A stretch of DNA of 64,000 bases from positions 77,562,001 through 77,626,000 of the forward strand of contig CM060732.1 of NCBI GenBank assembly GCA_030704615.1. The letters are read 5' to 3'. The DNA is from Takakia lepidozioides. Lineage: Eukaryota; Plantae; Bryophyta. Made by a program: the position numbers and the translations under genes. Positions within the stretch are counted from its first letter, which is position 1, and each line of letters begins with the position of its first letter. The notes below the pieces were generated by a model. It saw only the letters and a list, made by a program, of their open reading frames with translations, made no database searches and was not told the DNA's origin. Shown here in pieces: positions 1 through 21,183 of the stretch.

Positions 1-7423
<7,423 letters not shown>

Positions 7424-8256
7424 CTGTAGAACCGAGTTTAGAATGTCATAGATGCATCAAAGGCCCGTACATCCATCCAAAGCAGATCATATTCACAATG
7501 GCGCACGGGACCGTCTCGAAGATGAAGCCTCTTCTAACCCTAAAACACCACAGCAAAGAACAGAATTTCTGTCTGCCTTGGGGCTGGGGCTGTGCCCCAG
7601 TAATGCCTCCATGGCTCACAAAGGGGGTTTACTGTCCCCCTCAAGTCCAGTGGCTGGGGCTGCTGGATGCTTGAAGACAAAACCAAAAAAAGATATAAAA
7701 AATTCTCTAAAGATTCTCAATATAAGGGGGAAAAGAGGACTAATCCTATTTACGAAGAAAGCCTCCGGGGTGAGGGTGACGATGACCATGCAACTGATCC
7801 CTAGCTTCCTAAAACATACGGGTCCTCGGATGTTGCGATCTAACAAAATATGATAGCATGCAAAATTTCTACATTGCCGTGAGTGCAGCTTGATTGTCCC
7901 ACATTCCCTCTCTTAGATCGATACAGAATTTAAAACTGTTCAATAGTATTCTCCACTGCTATCAAACTGGCCGATTTTTGTAGAATCAAGTCATAATTTG
8001 TACTACTTTTGCAACTGCAGATACTACGGTATATGGATATCTACAGGACCTCACAACACAGTTGAGACGCCACCAATGTTCTCGCCACACAACACATACA
8101 CAGAGAAGGAGAGTAAATAAATTCACTCGTTGAATTGTTTGAGGACAAAACTCGTTGAAAACATTATTGTGTTGGTGCATATGCAAGTGAAATAGAGACA
8201 GACAGCGGGACAGAGAAGGGGGATGACGCATGGGTCGTCTTTCTCGCATATGTGTG

Positions 8257-8272
8257 AACCCTAAACCCTAAA
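8257..8272 (+). promoter_or_regulatory. Telo-box (AACCCTAAACCCTAAA) in the probable INO80 promoter region
   Basis: Interstitial telomere motif flanked by a short direct repeat (catgggtcgtctyTctcgc at about 8229-8247 and 8284-8302), upstream of INO80. Confidence 0.4.
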
Positions 8273-8370
8273 ACAGAATTGCACATGGGTCGTCTCTCTC
8301 GCCAGTGAGGGTTGACAGAGGACAAGCCCCGTCTGCTCATCTAGTCCCGCAGGAACACTGCCAAAACGGC

Positions 8371-9747
8371 TATTTGGAATGTCTGTTTACAGTGAATGGA
8401 GATGGGAGCTCTTTGGACTCGGGATCCACATGATGGAAGTGCTGACATTCAGTCCATCTCCAATTAATTTTACGTTTGCAGTAGTAGCAGTGCTACTGTT
8501 CGAAAATTCGCCTGTCTTGTTACCGTTTGTTCTGCTTCTTCACTAATAGGCTATATAGTGAAGTTAGTGAGTCAGTGTACATTCTCATGAAGTCCTCACA
8601 GAGGAATTCTAATATTCATTTCCCTTATGCAGTTCAACAATGCCAACAACTTCCTCAGTGCAGCAAAACTGCTTAATGGCAGTCTGAAGGAGTATCAGCT
8701 AAAGGGCCTTCAATGGCTTGTCAACAGTTATGAACAGGCTGCCTTCTTTTGTGACTTGATGATGTGTGGATCTGTATGCTGTCTTCTCAACAATCTGCGA
8801 ACCTCTTTGGTTCAGATTTGGACTTGTAAGAACTAGGTCGGTGGCTGATTATCACAGCTTTGGCGCCGTGACTACGCCATTAATTCACCATGTTTATCCT
8901 ACCATGCTACAGTTGAATGGTAGGCTTTGTACATCAGTCTGTGAATGACAGTCTGACTTGTTTTTCCTGGGGATTGGGGGAGTAGGGATTGAATGGTATA
9001 CTGGCCGAGGAGATGGATCTTGGAAAAACCATTCAGGCCATGGCCTTCCTTGCTCATCTGGCTGAGGTAAATCGACAGCAACAGCGCTTTTTAATTAATA
9101 TGTTTTCTTGTTTTTCCCATAAACTTTGTTAACTCTAGAGCTTTAATTGATTTCCCTTGCGGTAACATAGTTCTACGGTGTATGCATCCTTTGAAAATGA
9201 TTTCTTGGACAAGGGAGGACCTTAATGGCTTTTTCCATGTTTTTGGTTGAAGTTTAGGTGGATTGAATTGAGTCTTTGCATATACATGCCAACCATGATG
9301 AACCCTGAACAAAAGTTGTCTGCTGATGGAGTACGGGAGAAACAGATATGAGGGCCATTCCTTGTAGTGGCACCAGCTTCTGTCTTGAACAATTGGGCAG
9401 ATGAAGTTCGGCGGTTCTGCCCTGACCTGAAAATCCTTCCTTATTGGGGGGGACTCAATGAACGAACAGTACTTCGGAAAAAACATCAATCCCAAGCGTC
9501 TCTATCGAAGGCATGGTCAACATCCCTCTACCTTGGTACCCACATTCTGCAGTGTTTATTGTTGTCAGTCGGGAGTTGTCAGGTTGTATCAAGTTCATTC
9601 AGGTCACCACACTCCTGGTTATTAGAAAATTACCCATGCACCCTTTTGATTTGGCTTTGATCTTAAAATAGTCACCGGGTACAATCATCAGGCTGTGCTT
9701 GCCTAAGCTTGCAGCCATAGACCAAGAGACCAATTTGGATGAACTAA
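8371..9747 (+). pseudogene. Inverted genomic duplicate of INO80 segment 3135-4513 (three exons with introns), degenerate
   Basis: Near-identical to the reverse complement of 3135-4513, introns included. Small deletion in the QQPKLF exon, ADEMG changed to AEEMD, acceptor cag changed to cgg at about 9334, extra A in the RKNINP run at about 9481. Confidence 0.92.
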
Positions 9748-9764
9748 TGTATTTCCTTCCAGCC

Positions 9765-10120
9765 CTGCAGGCCAGGGGCAGTATTCAAAATGACATCAGG
9801 TGCGATCCCCGCTTTGATGATGTGGATAGGACCTCTTTGCCCTTTTCAGGTACCAGGCTTGTACACACGTTGAGAACAGAAATGAACATAACCCTTTTGA
9901 GCTCCATCTTGTTCCCACATTGTTTACTCATGTCTCCAAAGCCTCCATCTCGCACCCATGCTTCTTTTCACCCATGCAGGCCAAGCCATGGAGGCCAGGG
10001 GCAGTATTCAGAATGACATCAGATACAATTCCCACTTTGATGATGTGGACATGACCTCTTTGCCCTTTTCAGGTATCAGGCTTGCATACACATTGAGAAA
10101 AGAAATGAACATGACCTGTT
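9765..10120 (-). pseudogene. PLS-type PPR motif fragments (two degenerate tandem copies)
   Basis: The minus strand gives, across frameshifts, VMFISFLNVYASL..EKGKEV.VHIIKVGIVSDVILNTA-like motifs. Two copies at about 9767-9893 and 9990-10116, similar to the 28-29 kb PPR debris. Confidence 0.7.
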
Positions 10121-11896
10121 TTAAACGCAGCCAAGCTTTAATGTTGTAGGTCGTGACTTCTATGCTTATATGGAAGCCATGGGCCTCCCTTGGTATCTCA
10201 AACAGGAAGTGACACTTCGTTTTTACGTGACTCTTACATTTGTATTCTTATGCGTAAGTGGATACCTGGGATCGCAACCGCTGATCTGCCTCAAACATAC
10301 AAGGTATTTTGTTATTGCACATGCTTGTTCTAACTCTAAAAGCCTTACCCCTTGCTTTGGAATGCATGGCAACCAGCATCGAATGGGTCTGCTACTGAGT
10401 TTTGTTTGGTGCTTCTTAAAGGAAAGGATTAAGATGCTTGATCTTATCTGACTCTTTGGTGTTTATCTAGTTTTGTGGAACTAAAATCTTGTAGTGAATT
10501 TACAACACCATGGATTTTGAAATCCATTTTGTCAAAGCTAAATTGAACATGGTGATGGTGCACTGTAAGAACTCATTGATTACATATAGAACTTGACTTT
10601 TAAATAGAAGTTCTGTTTCATATGATAAATCAGGGTATGTGCTTGCTGAAGCTTTATTACATGAACATGATCGTCTGGTTCAAAATCGTACGGGACCTGT
10701 AATTTGTAAGTACCGGTAATTATTTTAGTGAACCTATCTCTATGCATAATGCAATGGGAAAAGGATTGATGTCTAGGTTTGGATATCTTGGATCACCCAA
10801 CTCCCCACCACCTTTCTTGATTTCCTCTTAAGGGATTGTACTATTTCCCAAAACTGTTCTATGACTACATTCTGTGTCATACTACAATAGGCAATGGTTC
10901 TTTCATGTTTCATGTTACCAAGGCACCATCACCACATTTCTAAGCTTACCCTTTGTACTGTGTGTAGTGAAAATACGACGAATGGATAGAAGCGCAACTT
11001 TTTACCACCGATGGAGCTGAGAATTTACAGGCTGATACGGGGTATATAATTGTATTGTCACCAAGTTTGGTGATTTATGGAGCTGATTAGCAGCAGGGCC
11101 AAATTATTGAGTCGACGGCACTATATAGATCTTCCGGGGAGATCAGGGTGGGTGGTGCAGGGATATTTGAAAAATATCTTCATTTTTCTTTTGTACAGAT
11201 AAATCATTCACCACAGAGAGCAGAACCAAATTCAATCATTCAAGAAAGAGGTAGATCTGCAACTCAATGTCCAGAATAGCAAATGCACAAGGCTGTTTAC
11301 TTGTCTTTGTTTTTGAAAAAAACCCAAATGATCTGGTCTATCAAGACAGATTCTTTCTTATCATCAAGCCCTATCTCTCTCAATGATGTCACATACACTG
11401 AGTGGTGTTTGTATACATCATCACTCCTTTTTGTGCCCCATAGATATGCAAAACCTATGAACCCATCAAAAGCAACTTACACTGGAGTTGATCGGTGGAC
11501 ATCTCCAATTGCAAATTAAAATGTCAGTAAACACAAAATGAAACATTCCATTGTGTGTACGTACTGTACTTTTCTAGATGGCAAAAAGGTAAGATGGAAA
11601 ACATACCAAGTCCAACATAACTTGATTGTTGTGTACTAGACAGAAGGTTTATAGGATTGCAGAGCTTCAGATACAAGGGACCACAAGGGTTGTATGTTCA
11701 TTTAAAGAAAGACAACATATACACAAAGTGCCTAAACACTGCAGTTTTCATGCCAAATATTATACATATCTGCTGTAGAATCCCACATTATACTAACACT
11801 CTCGCTGTCAAAGATCTAGACCATAACATTGGTTTTTTACCAACAATCACCTCAAGCTGACAAGATGGGAATGGTCAATAATAGGCTCCCAAACAT

Positions 11897-14185
11897 CTAA
11901 TCTTGCTCAAAATACTTCTCTTCAGCATCCCTTGAAATCTCCGGCATCCAATCGTCATCTAGTGCCATGTCACTGTCAATCCGAACATAGTCAACATGTT
12001 CACTATCCCCACCAGCCAAAAATTTCTCCTGCATAACCCTTGTGAAATCTTCTATTTTGATCATTAGTTGCACATCTGACAGCACCATCGGCCCCGGGCT
12101 ACTGCCCTCTTCCCCAGAAGTTTCTGTATTCACATCTCCCTCTCTTTCGTGATTGCTTGCACCATTTGATGGACCCAGCTGGGCACCCTCCACTGTGTTG
12201 TGCCCTATCTCCTCCTCTTCATCTGTATCCTGTCAACTCAAATAGGTGCTATTGAAGTTAGAAACCTTCTTTAGGACCAACCCACCTTGATTAAGGTTTA
12301 AGTCCAAATCATAGTGGTTCAGCTTCTGACATTTCTCCATCAAAGAAGGCTGAATCCTCACTTAGACATGACATTATTCTTTGTCCACCATTGAGCTAAA
12401 TCGAAACCAAATTTATCGGACTGGGACTAGACTGTGGGGTCTCAGTATTTCCTTCCCACATCATGGAGTTTGTTGAGAATCTCACACAGTATGTCTATGG
12501 TGGCCCATTGCAAAATAGTTCGAGAGTATACATAATGTGCAACACCTCTTTTCACCAAAATGTAGAAAAAGGGTACGAAGTGATAGGAGCAAAAATCATG
12601 GACACAGATGCAGATTCAAGCCCTTCATTAGGACAGCTTATCAACTAACAACTAACATTTGAGCTAACTGTGACATTCCTGTCTCCTTCATGAACTCCTC
12701 TAGCCCAGTCTGAGATGCTCAATGTGACGCTAAAAGCTCTGATCCACAACGTTACTAGATTTACTATCATCCCTTTTTTTATGTTCAAGCTGGGTCCAGG
12801 CCAATGGCCGGCAGGCTACAACAGATCAGTCTGGTGATTCATGGTCTCCTGCACAACACACACAAAAACAAGACAAATACTTACCAGTTCTTCCTGGAAC
12901 GCTTCTTCATCATCTTCATTTTCATCATACTCTACATCATCCGCAACTGGTATACCTGCTTCCACCCTCTCCTCCCTCAGACGGCGCTGAAACCAGGCCT
13001 CCTCCGCCTGTCTTATCAACAGGTCTGAGAATCGCTCCCCAGGCCTGGCAGCAACACCCCTGCTAGCTGGGTCCTACAGCCAATTGATATTATTTAGAGG
13101 GTTGACTAGAGACTGAAAGAATAAGGTGTTAAGAGTATGGTGCCTCAGATCTTGCTAACCAAATGAAACTGCTCAATACAATTGAGAATCTACTCCGAAT
13201 CTAAAACAGAATCTTCCAAAGAAAACTTCGTCATTTACTCACAAAAATTGTCTTGGAAACAAACAGATGTTACCTACCTGGAACTGCCCAACATATTCAT
13301 GGTGCAGCAGTGGCGAACGCATGCGCATCGCATCCTCAGAGAAGTATTGGCCATCTTGTATCAAACGATTCATGTAAGCCATTCGGCGGTTTTTCACCGT
13401 AGCTGCCTGAGATCGCTGCTCTGCAACTGTTGGATTGATTGCGCTTCTTAAGGATTTTAAATGCCAGCCCACCTCATAATCTCCCTCTAGCACCTCAAAT
13501 TGTTGCAGCTCTCCGCTGTTCAAATGAGGGCCATAACGTTCTGCAATATCAGCCCACGCCACAATCACATAATATAGAGGACCAACATGATTTCAGAAAT
13601 AGCCTTCACCAAAGAGTGGTGTCCGAAATTCAACATCTTCACATGTCTGTCGACTTACCTGTGATCATACACATAGTCCCCTTGGAATGAAACCCCTCCC
13701 AGCACAGCTATTTACTAGCTGTTTCATACAACCCTTGACCTAGCTTGTGGAGTTTAAAAACACTCGGATACAAAACTTATCCCAAAATTGTCCTTGCAAA
13801 CTCGCACAGTTGGTCTCAGAAATCAACTCTTGTTTGGGAACGCAGTAAGTTCATATACCACAAAACATAAAGTTTCTTTCCCTTCTGCCGCCAAAGCAAT
13901 CCCTCTGAGCGAGTCAAGCTATCGGGAGAGATGAAAAGTAGCTGCACTTGTCATGCATCCAATTTCTACTTGCTGGGCAGTATGGAGGACACAGTTTGCA
14001 CATCAGGAACAGGGAGAGAGGTTACCCAGAAACACAGCCGCATCGCGGCGAAGCAGAGACACAAGATGCAATCGTTTCTCGTCCTGCGTCACAGGCTCCG
14101 ACCGAGAGGCCAACGAGTGCGGCAAATGAAGGTCTGGCAGCGAAGATAACCGCTCCACTATGCTGTCCACTCCTTGTTCCTCCAT
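11897..14185 (-). CDS. CCDC97: Coiled-coil domain-containing protein 97-like (DUF2052 family), 4 exons
   Basis: Exons 14026-14185, 13278-13540, 12885-13073, 11897-12229 with GT-AG borders. Motifs LLRRDAAVFLERYG, VKNRRMAYMNRLIQDGQYFSEDAMRMRSPLLHHEYVG, MQEKFLAGGD..VDY..ID, DAEEKYF. A telo-box lies just upstream (about 14213-14222). Confidence 0.88.
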
Positions 14186-14724
14186 CTTCGCCTTCTTCAC
14201 CTCTAACCCCATAACCCTAAACCCAAACCTGTATCCTCCAGGAAAATCAAAGCCCCCGCAATGGCCCCAGCTTTTCCAGCTGCTGCAGATATTCCGTGGC
14301 AACTTCCACAACCTGGTACCTTTAGAATGGCTTTGCAGAATCTTTACCACCCTCACAGGGTTTCTGGCTTGACAGCAGGTTCGTCACCGGTGGGTTTTGT
14401 CGAGAATCCTATAAAGCACGACTTGTTTGCATCTCTCTCAAAATAATCTCGAGAGAAACTCCGCTATCATTCCACAATCGCCCGGAATTCAACTGAGATT
14501 TGTATATCATACACACTGTCCCTTCTCCTGGGCATCGAATCTGCAGAGTGGGAGCTTCTTCCTCGCATAGGGCCACGTGGAGAACGATCCGGTTCAAACT
14601 TGCAACCGACATACCCACTCAGCACCACTCAGCATGCTCTCTCCGTTGCTGAATTTCGTCAACACCTACCTCCCACACAACATGTGGCAATTACCTAGAA
14701 TTGTGCATGTTGCTCGGACAGGAG

Positions 14725-14960
14725 TGTTGTCAAGGGCTGCAAAGGGTTTATAATCCTAGGGGACCATGCCCACAAGGTGACGATGTCAATGGCGGGCATG
14801 AAACGGCCACTTGGTAGACCTGCAGACATGTAAACACTAAACACCCTGGAAAATATCACGTCCCTCACGTGACTCGGGTGTGGACACGGGCCTCCTGTGA
14901 ACAAGGGGGAGCTGCAAAATTCGAGGTAACCTCACCCAATTCCAACACCCCCCCTAAAAC
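14725..14960 (-). mobile_element. Possible short LTR remnant with adjacent polypurine tract
   Basis: TGTTG...CAACA termini (about 14725-14947), preceded on the minus strand by a G-rich tract (tttagggggggTGTTGG). No internal ORF or TSD seen. Confidence 0.3.
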
Positions 14961-15717
14961 CCTCACCTATTAAAACCCCACATTTCCAGCGTCAACATCA
15001 TTCTTACAGGGAGATGAGGAGGTGGGGTCCCAGGCAGCTGGAGCGAAGAACGCCCGGATGGCTTATATTATGCTCCTTTGTCCATGTGGAGGTTATAAAC
15101 TCTCTCGTATCCTAGAGTAATCGCCTTATCCTCAGCTGTCAAAAGAAAACGTTTGTGTTCTGGCATGCATATGCTTAGAAAGATCCAGACTCTTTCAACC
15201 TCTACAACCCACCATAAGGCAAGCAGGATTGCCGCAAGGCCTGGGAATCAATTTCAGAAAAGTTGATACGGCAAGCGAAGGAGGGTTGAGAGTGCAAGCG
15301 TTGGAATGTGTTGAGAGAAAAGATACAAAACTATGTTACTTCTGTCTGTGTATTTGGGAAGAGTTGATGATGAGACCACCAGACTTGAGCCGTTGTTCCC
15401 TGGTAGCCATAGACCTGCCGGCAGTTTGAACCGAGCTGGAAATGGGAAAAGCGAGGAGGAATCACAACTTTCAGGGTCTCTTGAGCCTCTCATACCAGGG
15501 TAGAAGCGTGCATACAAAACAAGACACCATGAAAAAGCAAAGTTAAGCTTTGTACATGTCTCTTCTCTGTCTGCCTTGTGGGTTGCTTTCAGCCCACGGT
15601 TGCTTGGAAGAAAGCCTCATGGGGTCTGGGTGAATAACAACAACTGTTTTTGAGTGTGGTGAGAGTCAGAGCATAAATGAAAGGAAGACAAAAAAGGGTA
15701 GTCTTGTACTCGGGAGC

Positions 15718-15790
15718 TTCCGTTGCCGGGATTCGAACCCGGGTCGCTCGGGTGAGAGCCGAGTATCCTAACCATCTAGACTACAACGGA
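15718..15790 (-). tRNA. tRNA-Glu (anticodon CUC)
   Basis: The minus strand reads TCCGTTGTAGTCTAGATGGTTAGGATACTCGGCTCTCACCCGAGCGACCCGGGTTCGAATCCCGGCAACGGAA, with an intact acceptor stem, GTTCGAATC T-loop and CTC anticodon. A T-run (Pol III terminator) follows at about 15690-15695. Confidence 0.97.
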
Positions 15791-16686
15791 TTGATGATAT
15801 GAATGGAAACTTCAAGTTATATGTAAATATTTAAAACAGACTGGCACAGTTTTTACTAATGATAGGATTGCTGCTCTTTAAAATTGTTGAGGTGTGCCAA
15901 GAACGACGACGGATTGCTCTTCCAAGAAATGGGTAGTCTCTGAAATTCTTTGCTTACATGTAGTGGAATGAGCTTCCCGTATCAGTTATTCTGCTCGTCG
16001 CCTACAAAACGACACCCACATTCCACAAGAGAGAAGAAACTCACAGGAAGAAGGAATCCCTGCATGATTTATACCAGCTGCAGTAGAGCAGTTTTGCAGG
16101 CAATCAATCTGTTGGGCGCAGTGGTCTAGCTTTGTTGTTGGTAGGGTTTTACTTTTCATGCTGGTGCTACTTTGGAGAGTGTTGTTGCTACAAGACTTCT
16201 GTATGTCTTCCTGTGCTTATGTTGGTGATTGCACGTCTGACCTGAGTAAGTACTTTGATACTACCATACTTCTAAGTGTACTTTAGCACGTAAACAATCT
16301 GATGACAAGAGGGCTTGGGCCGGAATCCATGTTGATCTCACCTCAATCTCACCATAGAACACTGCCAGAGATGTCAGTTCAAGAGAGGACCTTGGGTAGG
16401 TACGTGGCCGGGCATCAAACCTTGTATGACCCATCTTTTCCAATCAAAAATTTGCCTAAACACACCAAAAAAGCGGAGTCGGAGCTGATCATATAGAATT
16501 TTTTTTTAAAGTATCAACATATCAGAAACTAAGTCTTCCAGACAACGGCCATGGACTAGTCAGGACTTCCCCTCTTCCTTTGTCTTCCTGCACTGCAGTT
16601 CCTAGTATCAGGGATTCTGCTAAGACAATAATCAAGTTACCAAAATGGGCACCCCGTCTCCGCAAGGCTATACACAACTTTGTCAT

Positions 16687-17810
16687 TCAAAACTTTAATG
16701 GAACTGAGATTCCCAGTAAGTATTGACAAAATGTTTCCAGGCCACTTAACTCCACCGAATTGTTTAGAGAGGGGTGATAAAGTAGCTTGGCTTTGGATTG
16801 GCAACTGTGTCCCGGTTTTGGGATCCACACCCGGGAACTATGCGAAAAGTTGTAGGAGACAACCGGTGTACTACGTTTCTCTATGAAGTAGAGGATATCC
16901 CCCTGACCTGCGTAATTACAAAATATGAGACTCTCGTCGACTCGCATCCTGTCAACTTTTACCCAATCTCTTCCACTCTCGTCAAGCTGCAGCAGGCTGG
17001 CGTTCCGTGTCCTAAAATTGCACATAGACAGGCGGCCATTGCGCTCCAGCAGAAGTGTTGGCCCACTCAAACTAGCTTCAATTTCACGGAATGCCTTAGT
17101 CTCCAGATCGAATGACACCACCGCGTGGTGCGTGTCTTGCCTAGGGTTGGTCACCCATCTGGTTCCCACAAAGTAGATGAGGCCAATCGACAAATACACC
17201 CTGAGTTATCAAGGAAAAACCTCTCGGTCCATCAGCAAAGGTAGCCCAGCTGTTCGTTGTCGAGTCATACAGTTGCGCCACAACACAACATGGACCATCC
17301 CCCGTATCTTCTTCCAAGTCTGCCAAGAAAAGCTTGTACCTCTTAGATCTCTCATCGAACACCATGACCTTCAGAAGAAAGGAGCCCGCAAAAGGGTTCC
17401 AAGGCATAGGAGGTAATAACCTCCAGCCCTCAGTTATCGGGTTGCAGACAATCAAGCTGTCATTACTTCTCATATCCTCGCCATATAGACAAATCAGTCC
17501 GCCTGCGGAAGCCATGAACCGGCGGATTGAGAAAATTCGTAATACAGACGTGAGAGGGAGACCACGCCATCTATCCAGTGTGGGATTGTATCCTACCAAG
17601 CCTTTGTAGCCTTTAATGGCACGCAGAAAGAAAGGCTTATGAGGAGCCGGAGCGGATCTGTCTCATCACTGAAACGCTTGCAGGTGAGAAGATACTTCCA
17701 CCTTTTGGAAAGGCAACGCAACGACGGTATGTTGTGTTGAGGTGGGGTAATTGGGCCAACACTTTCTCGAGTAAATCCTCAGATAGCCTACTCCACAATG
17801 CTGGATCCAT
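16687..17810 (-). pseudogene. F-box protein with kelch/F-box-associated domain, intronless, frameshifted
   Basis: N-terminal MDPALWSRLSEDLLEKVLAQLP..LRCLSKRWKYLL, then ASAGGLICL, IVCNPITEGWRLLPPMP, LYDSTTNSW, VVSFDLETKAF. Frame changes near 17640-17740 and at about 17185 (GVFVD/GLIYFVG). Confidence 0.8.
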
Positions 17811-18892
17811 GCTTCCTGCTTGAAAAAAGATGGAAAAGCATCATGAAAGTAACCACCAATTGTATGCAGGTATACTTGGAGCTTTTCAAAAGGAAAGGAG
17901 AATAAACGGAAACTAGTGCAAAGGGAAGACTTTGGACCACCAATTGCAAGACCCGAGTTCAGTTCTACACTGCCTACTTCCAGTTTCCAAATTCCATGCA
18001 GACCTCGCAGGCAGTGTGCCTTAAAAATTGTACAAGAGGCAAGGATAAAAGAAAACAAAAACAAGACGGCGACCGGCGAGTGCAAGACAACACCAATTAA
18101 GTGCCACAGAAGCCTACTTCTGCCCATCCTAATTTTCAAGAGAGCAATGAGTCAGCGCTACACAAACACACTTCCAATTTTGCAACTGCAGTGAAGAAAT
18201 CTTTCCGAAAATGCAGTGCCGCCTCACAAATCTACTTTCCAGCTTTTTCCAGCTATTGTGAACAAGATCTTCCCCGAACGGAATACCACAGTCCACCGCT
18301 ACACAAGCCGACTTCCCGTTTTCCAAATTTGTGAAGATCTTACAGCCATTTCACGTAACATCTTTACAAGAAGCTAGGCAAAGCGAGAATGCTATCTTAC
18401 GTCCAAACAACAACAATGTTCGGCAACGGTTCACCGATCGCTGAAATGCTCGAGTCGACCTTCTCCCAGTCTTTGTCAATTTCGTGCAGCAATTGATCAC
18501 AGCTCCTCACGAGCAGCACTATTGATGGAGACCATGTACGCCTCTCCAAAAGCTCTTCCTCCCATCCAAGAACAGCACGCGTATTCCGTATTCATACGGC
18601 TTGAATACGTGCACGTGTACCGGTGTCAGACAACGTAACGGTACCGGATTAGGGCTACGTCTACAGTACAGGGTTAGGGTTTAGGGTTCCTTCTACTGTC
18701 CCCTCACCCAAAAGGGAAAAAACAAAAAAGGGATAAGTGCCCCTCACCTTGTACTCATGGTTGTGATGAGTTGTGATGAGTTGTGATCATATTTGGCAAA
18801 CACAGAGCCATGATGCAAGCACTCATCCTCACCACACTACCACATCATCATACTCTACACATATTCTAAATGATCCCAAACTTGGACTGGGA

Positions 18893-18912
18893 ACTCTCTC
18901 TCTCTCTCTCTC
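18893..18912. repeat. (CT)n microsatellite; nearby (GTTGTGATGA)x3 at about 18760-18788 and telo-box run at about 18670-18688
   Basis: Seen directly in the sequence. Confidence 0.85.
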
Positions 18913-19002
18913 ATTCATCCTCTCTTGATCCTCTCTTGAGATTGCTGCATGCCCAAAAAGATGGCTGTACTAAGCCACTCCCATGCACTTTGCATTCATC
19001 CA

Positions 19003-19553
19003 TCAACTTTCCCTCACCACAGAAATGTGTAGCACCCTGAGAGCAGCCAGTGGGTGTTGGTGCAGGAGAGTATCAGGCCGCGCAAAGTCATGCTTGCTGC
19101 ATTTTTCTCCAATAAGCCTACAGACCTTCATCTTTTGAAATTTCAAACACGGGGACAAATTTATGATCCGGCTTAAGTTATCAGTTCTCCATAGGTGCAA
19201 CTTGTGTTAGTCTCCAGACTATGCAATGTCAACCAGCTCATATTGTGTTGTCCCCTTCATCCTCAGACTGGTAAAGAGTTTCTACTATTACAGAAGTTTG
19301 CATCATACATATCCTCCATACGTATCCCACACGTCGAACAAAATTTAAGTCAAGCTCCTTGATCTTCCTCCCAATTCTCACATCGTCTCAAGCTGAGCGT
19401 CTTGAGCTTTGACAGATGTCCCATTGACTTCCTAAAAGCAGAGCTGGCCAAACATAGAGTTTCAAGCTCTGACAACAGTCCAATGGACTCGTGTACTCTT
19501 TCGAAATTGTGACATTGTGAGGCACCCTTGAGAAGTAACCGTGGTAAGTCCAC
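19003..19553 (-). pseudogene. Leucine-rich-repeat (NLR-type) fragments
   Basis: CHNFERVHESIGLLSELETLCL..SMGHLSKLKTLSLRRCEN resembles plant NB-LRR repeats. No NB-ARC domain seen. Confidence 0.6.
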
Positions 19554-21183
19554 TTTGGGAGCAGAGCAATAGCATTTCTTGCTGGCCTTCCCCAGGAGCA
19601 GCAGCTGCTAGCCCAACGTCCATCCTCCTGAAAATAATTACCTGGATTAGCAACACAGGTATATTTAAAATTGAAACGCAAGGAAGAAGTAACCTTGCTA
19701 TGGCTTACAGAGGAAATCACCACGGAACCGAACTCACCAAGACATAAAAGGAGAGCACAAAGACAGGACATCCAGCCTCCACAACCAGTGAAGGCGCTGT
19801 GAAAGAAAAAAACCGGAATGACAACTCAAGAGGAGAGTCCTGAAACGCTTCAGAAAGGAGAGACACAAAACCATCAGCGAGGTGATTCCACCCCAAGCCA
19901 ACACCACACACGGAGCCTAACGAAGTCTTATTACTGGGCACATTTTTCCTTGGACTGCCCCGAAGGCGGAACTAGATGCGTTCTAGGTGTTCCGAGTCTG
20001 TTCGCCTAGATGGTGTTAGTCGGCGATCCTTTTTCCTGCCGTCATTCACTTGCACCAATCAACTCCACCACATGTTCAAGCTTACAGCTCAAGCAAAATG
20101 GAGGGGATGCCCTTGAACCCGCTAAGCTGTGGCTGGCTGCTTTCTCTTTACAGACGTTCTACAGTTTCTTTCTGATTCCTGAAGAGACCTCTGAAGAGTT
20201 CTTTGTTTGTGGGTATTAAGATTGTAAGTTCTTGGTTCATTATACACAAACAATCTACACTTTTGGTGCTGTATGGTGCTTAGTGATTTGTTTGTATTGA
20301 TGGCACTCTATGTTGGCAGTTTCTGTCAGGAGAGTCATTTTGGGGCAATCCTTCAGTACTTTGATCCTCTTGTTGGAGGACAAACAGTTTTGAGAAAGCA
20401 TGTGCTGGTCGGTGGTCAGTGGACTATAATCTGTGGAGTTGACTATATTTCAAAAATTTATAATCATCATTATACGAATTTGCAACAGCAGAAATCTGTG
20501 ACTTGAGGATCCACAAAAGCTCCTGTATCTGTTATGTACAGGAAAATCTGAGTATGTTGGAGTAGGGCAGAATCGCACTGACAGCCTAAACTAAAATCTG
20601 TTGAAGGTCATCGAATATTGGGTGACACGACTATCTTTTACGGGTCCATAGGAGGGGAATCTTACATTTCCCGAGGGATGTTATAAAAGGACTGTTGTAC
20701 TCCAATATGGAGCATGAGAGCTATGCAGTTTCCTTGGGTCTGAGAGTACTATTATCAGGCAGATTGAAGATATCTACTACAGCAATCTATTACCCCATGG
20801 AAAAAGTCCTATAATCGCAGATCAGCTCTACATGAGGACGTTATCTTGCAGAGGATTGGGTTACTGCCAGCTTAGTCCATGTCACCCAAGTTGAGATATA
20901 ACAGTCACTCAGAACAAGGGAAAACTGGTCCAAAATGCCAGCTCCCTTACCAAAGCTGTGCCCTTTTCATGTTAAATGTTTGGACTATCAACAATCACTT
21001 TGCCCCCAGTTTAAGAACAACACTACAGTACTTTCGAGGGCTAGGGTAGGGAAGGAGGGGTAGAGAACTGATTGCTTTCTCACCGTAGCTTTATGGCCAT
21101 TAATTTGGTGTGGTGGGAGGGAGGAAGAAGAACAAATAGTTGCACAACGTGGGAAAAGTCATTTGGTTTGGTGTATGTTTTAC

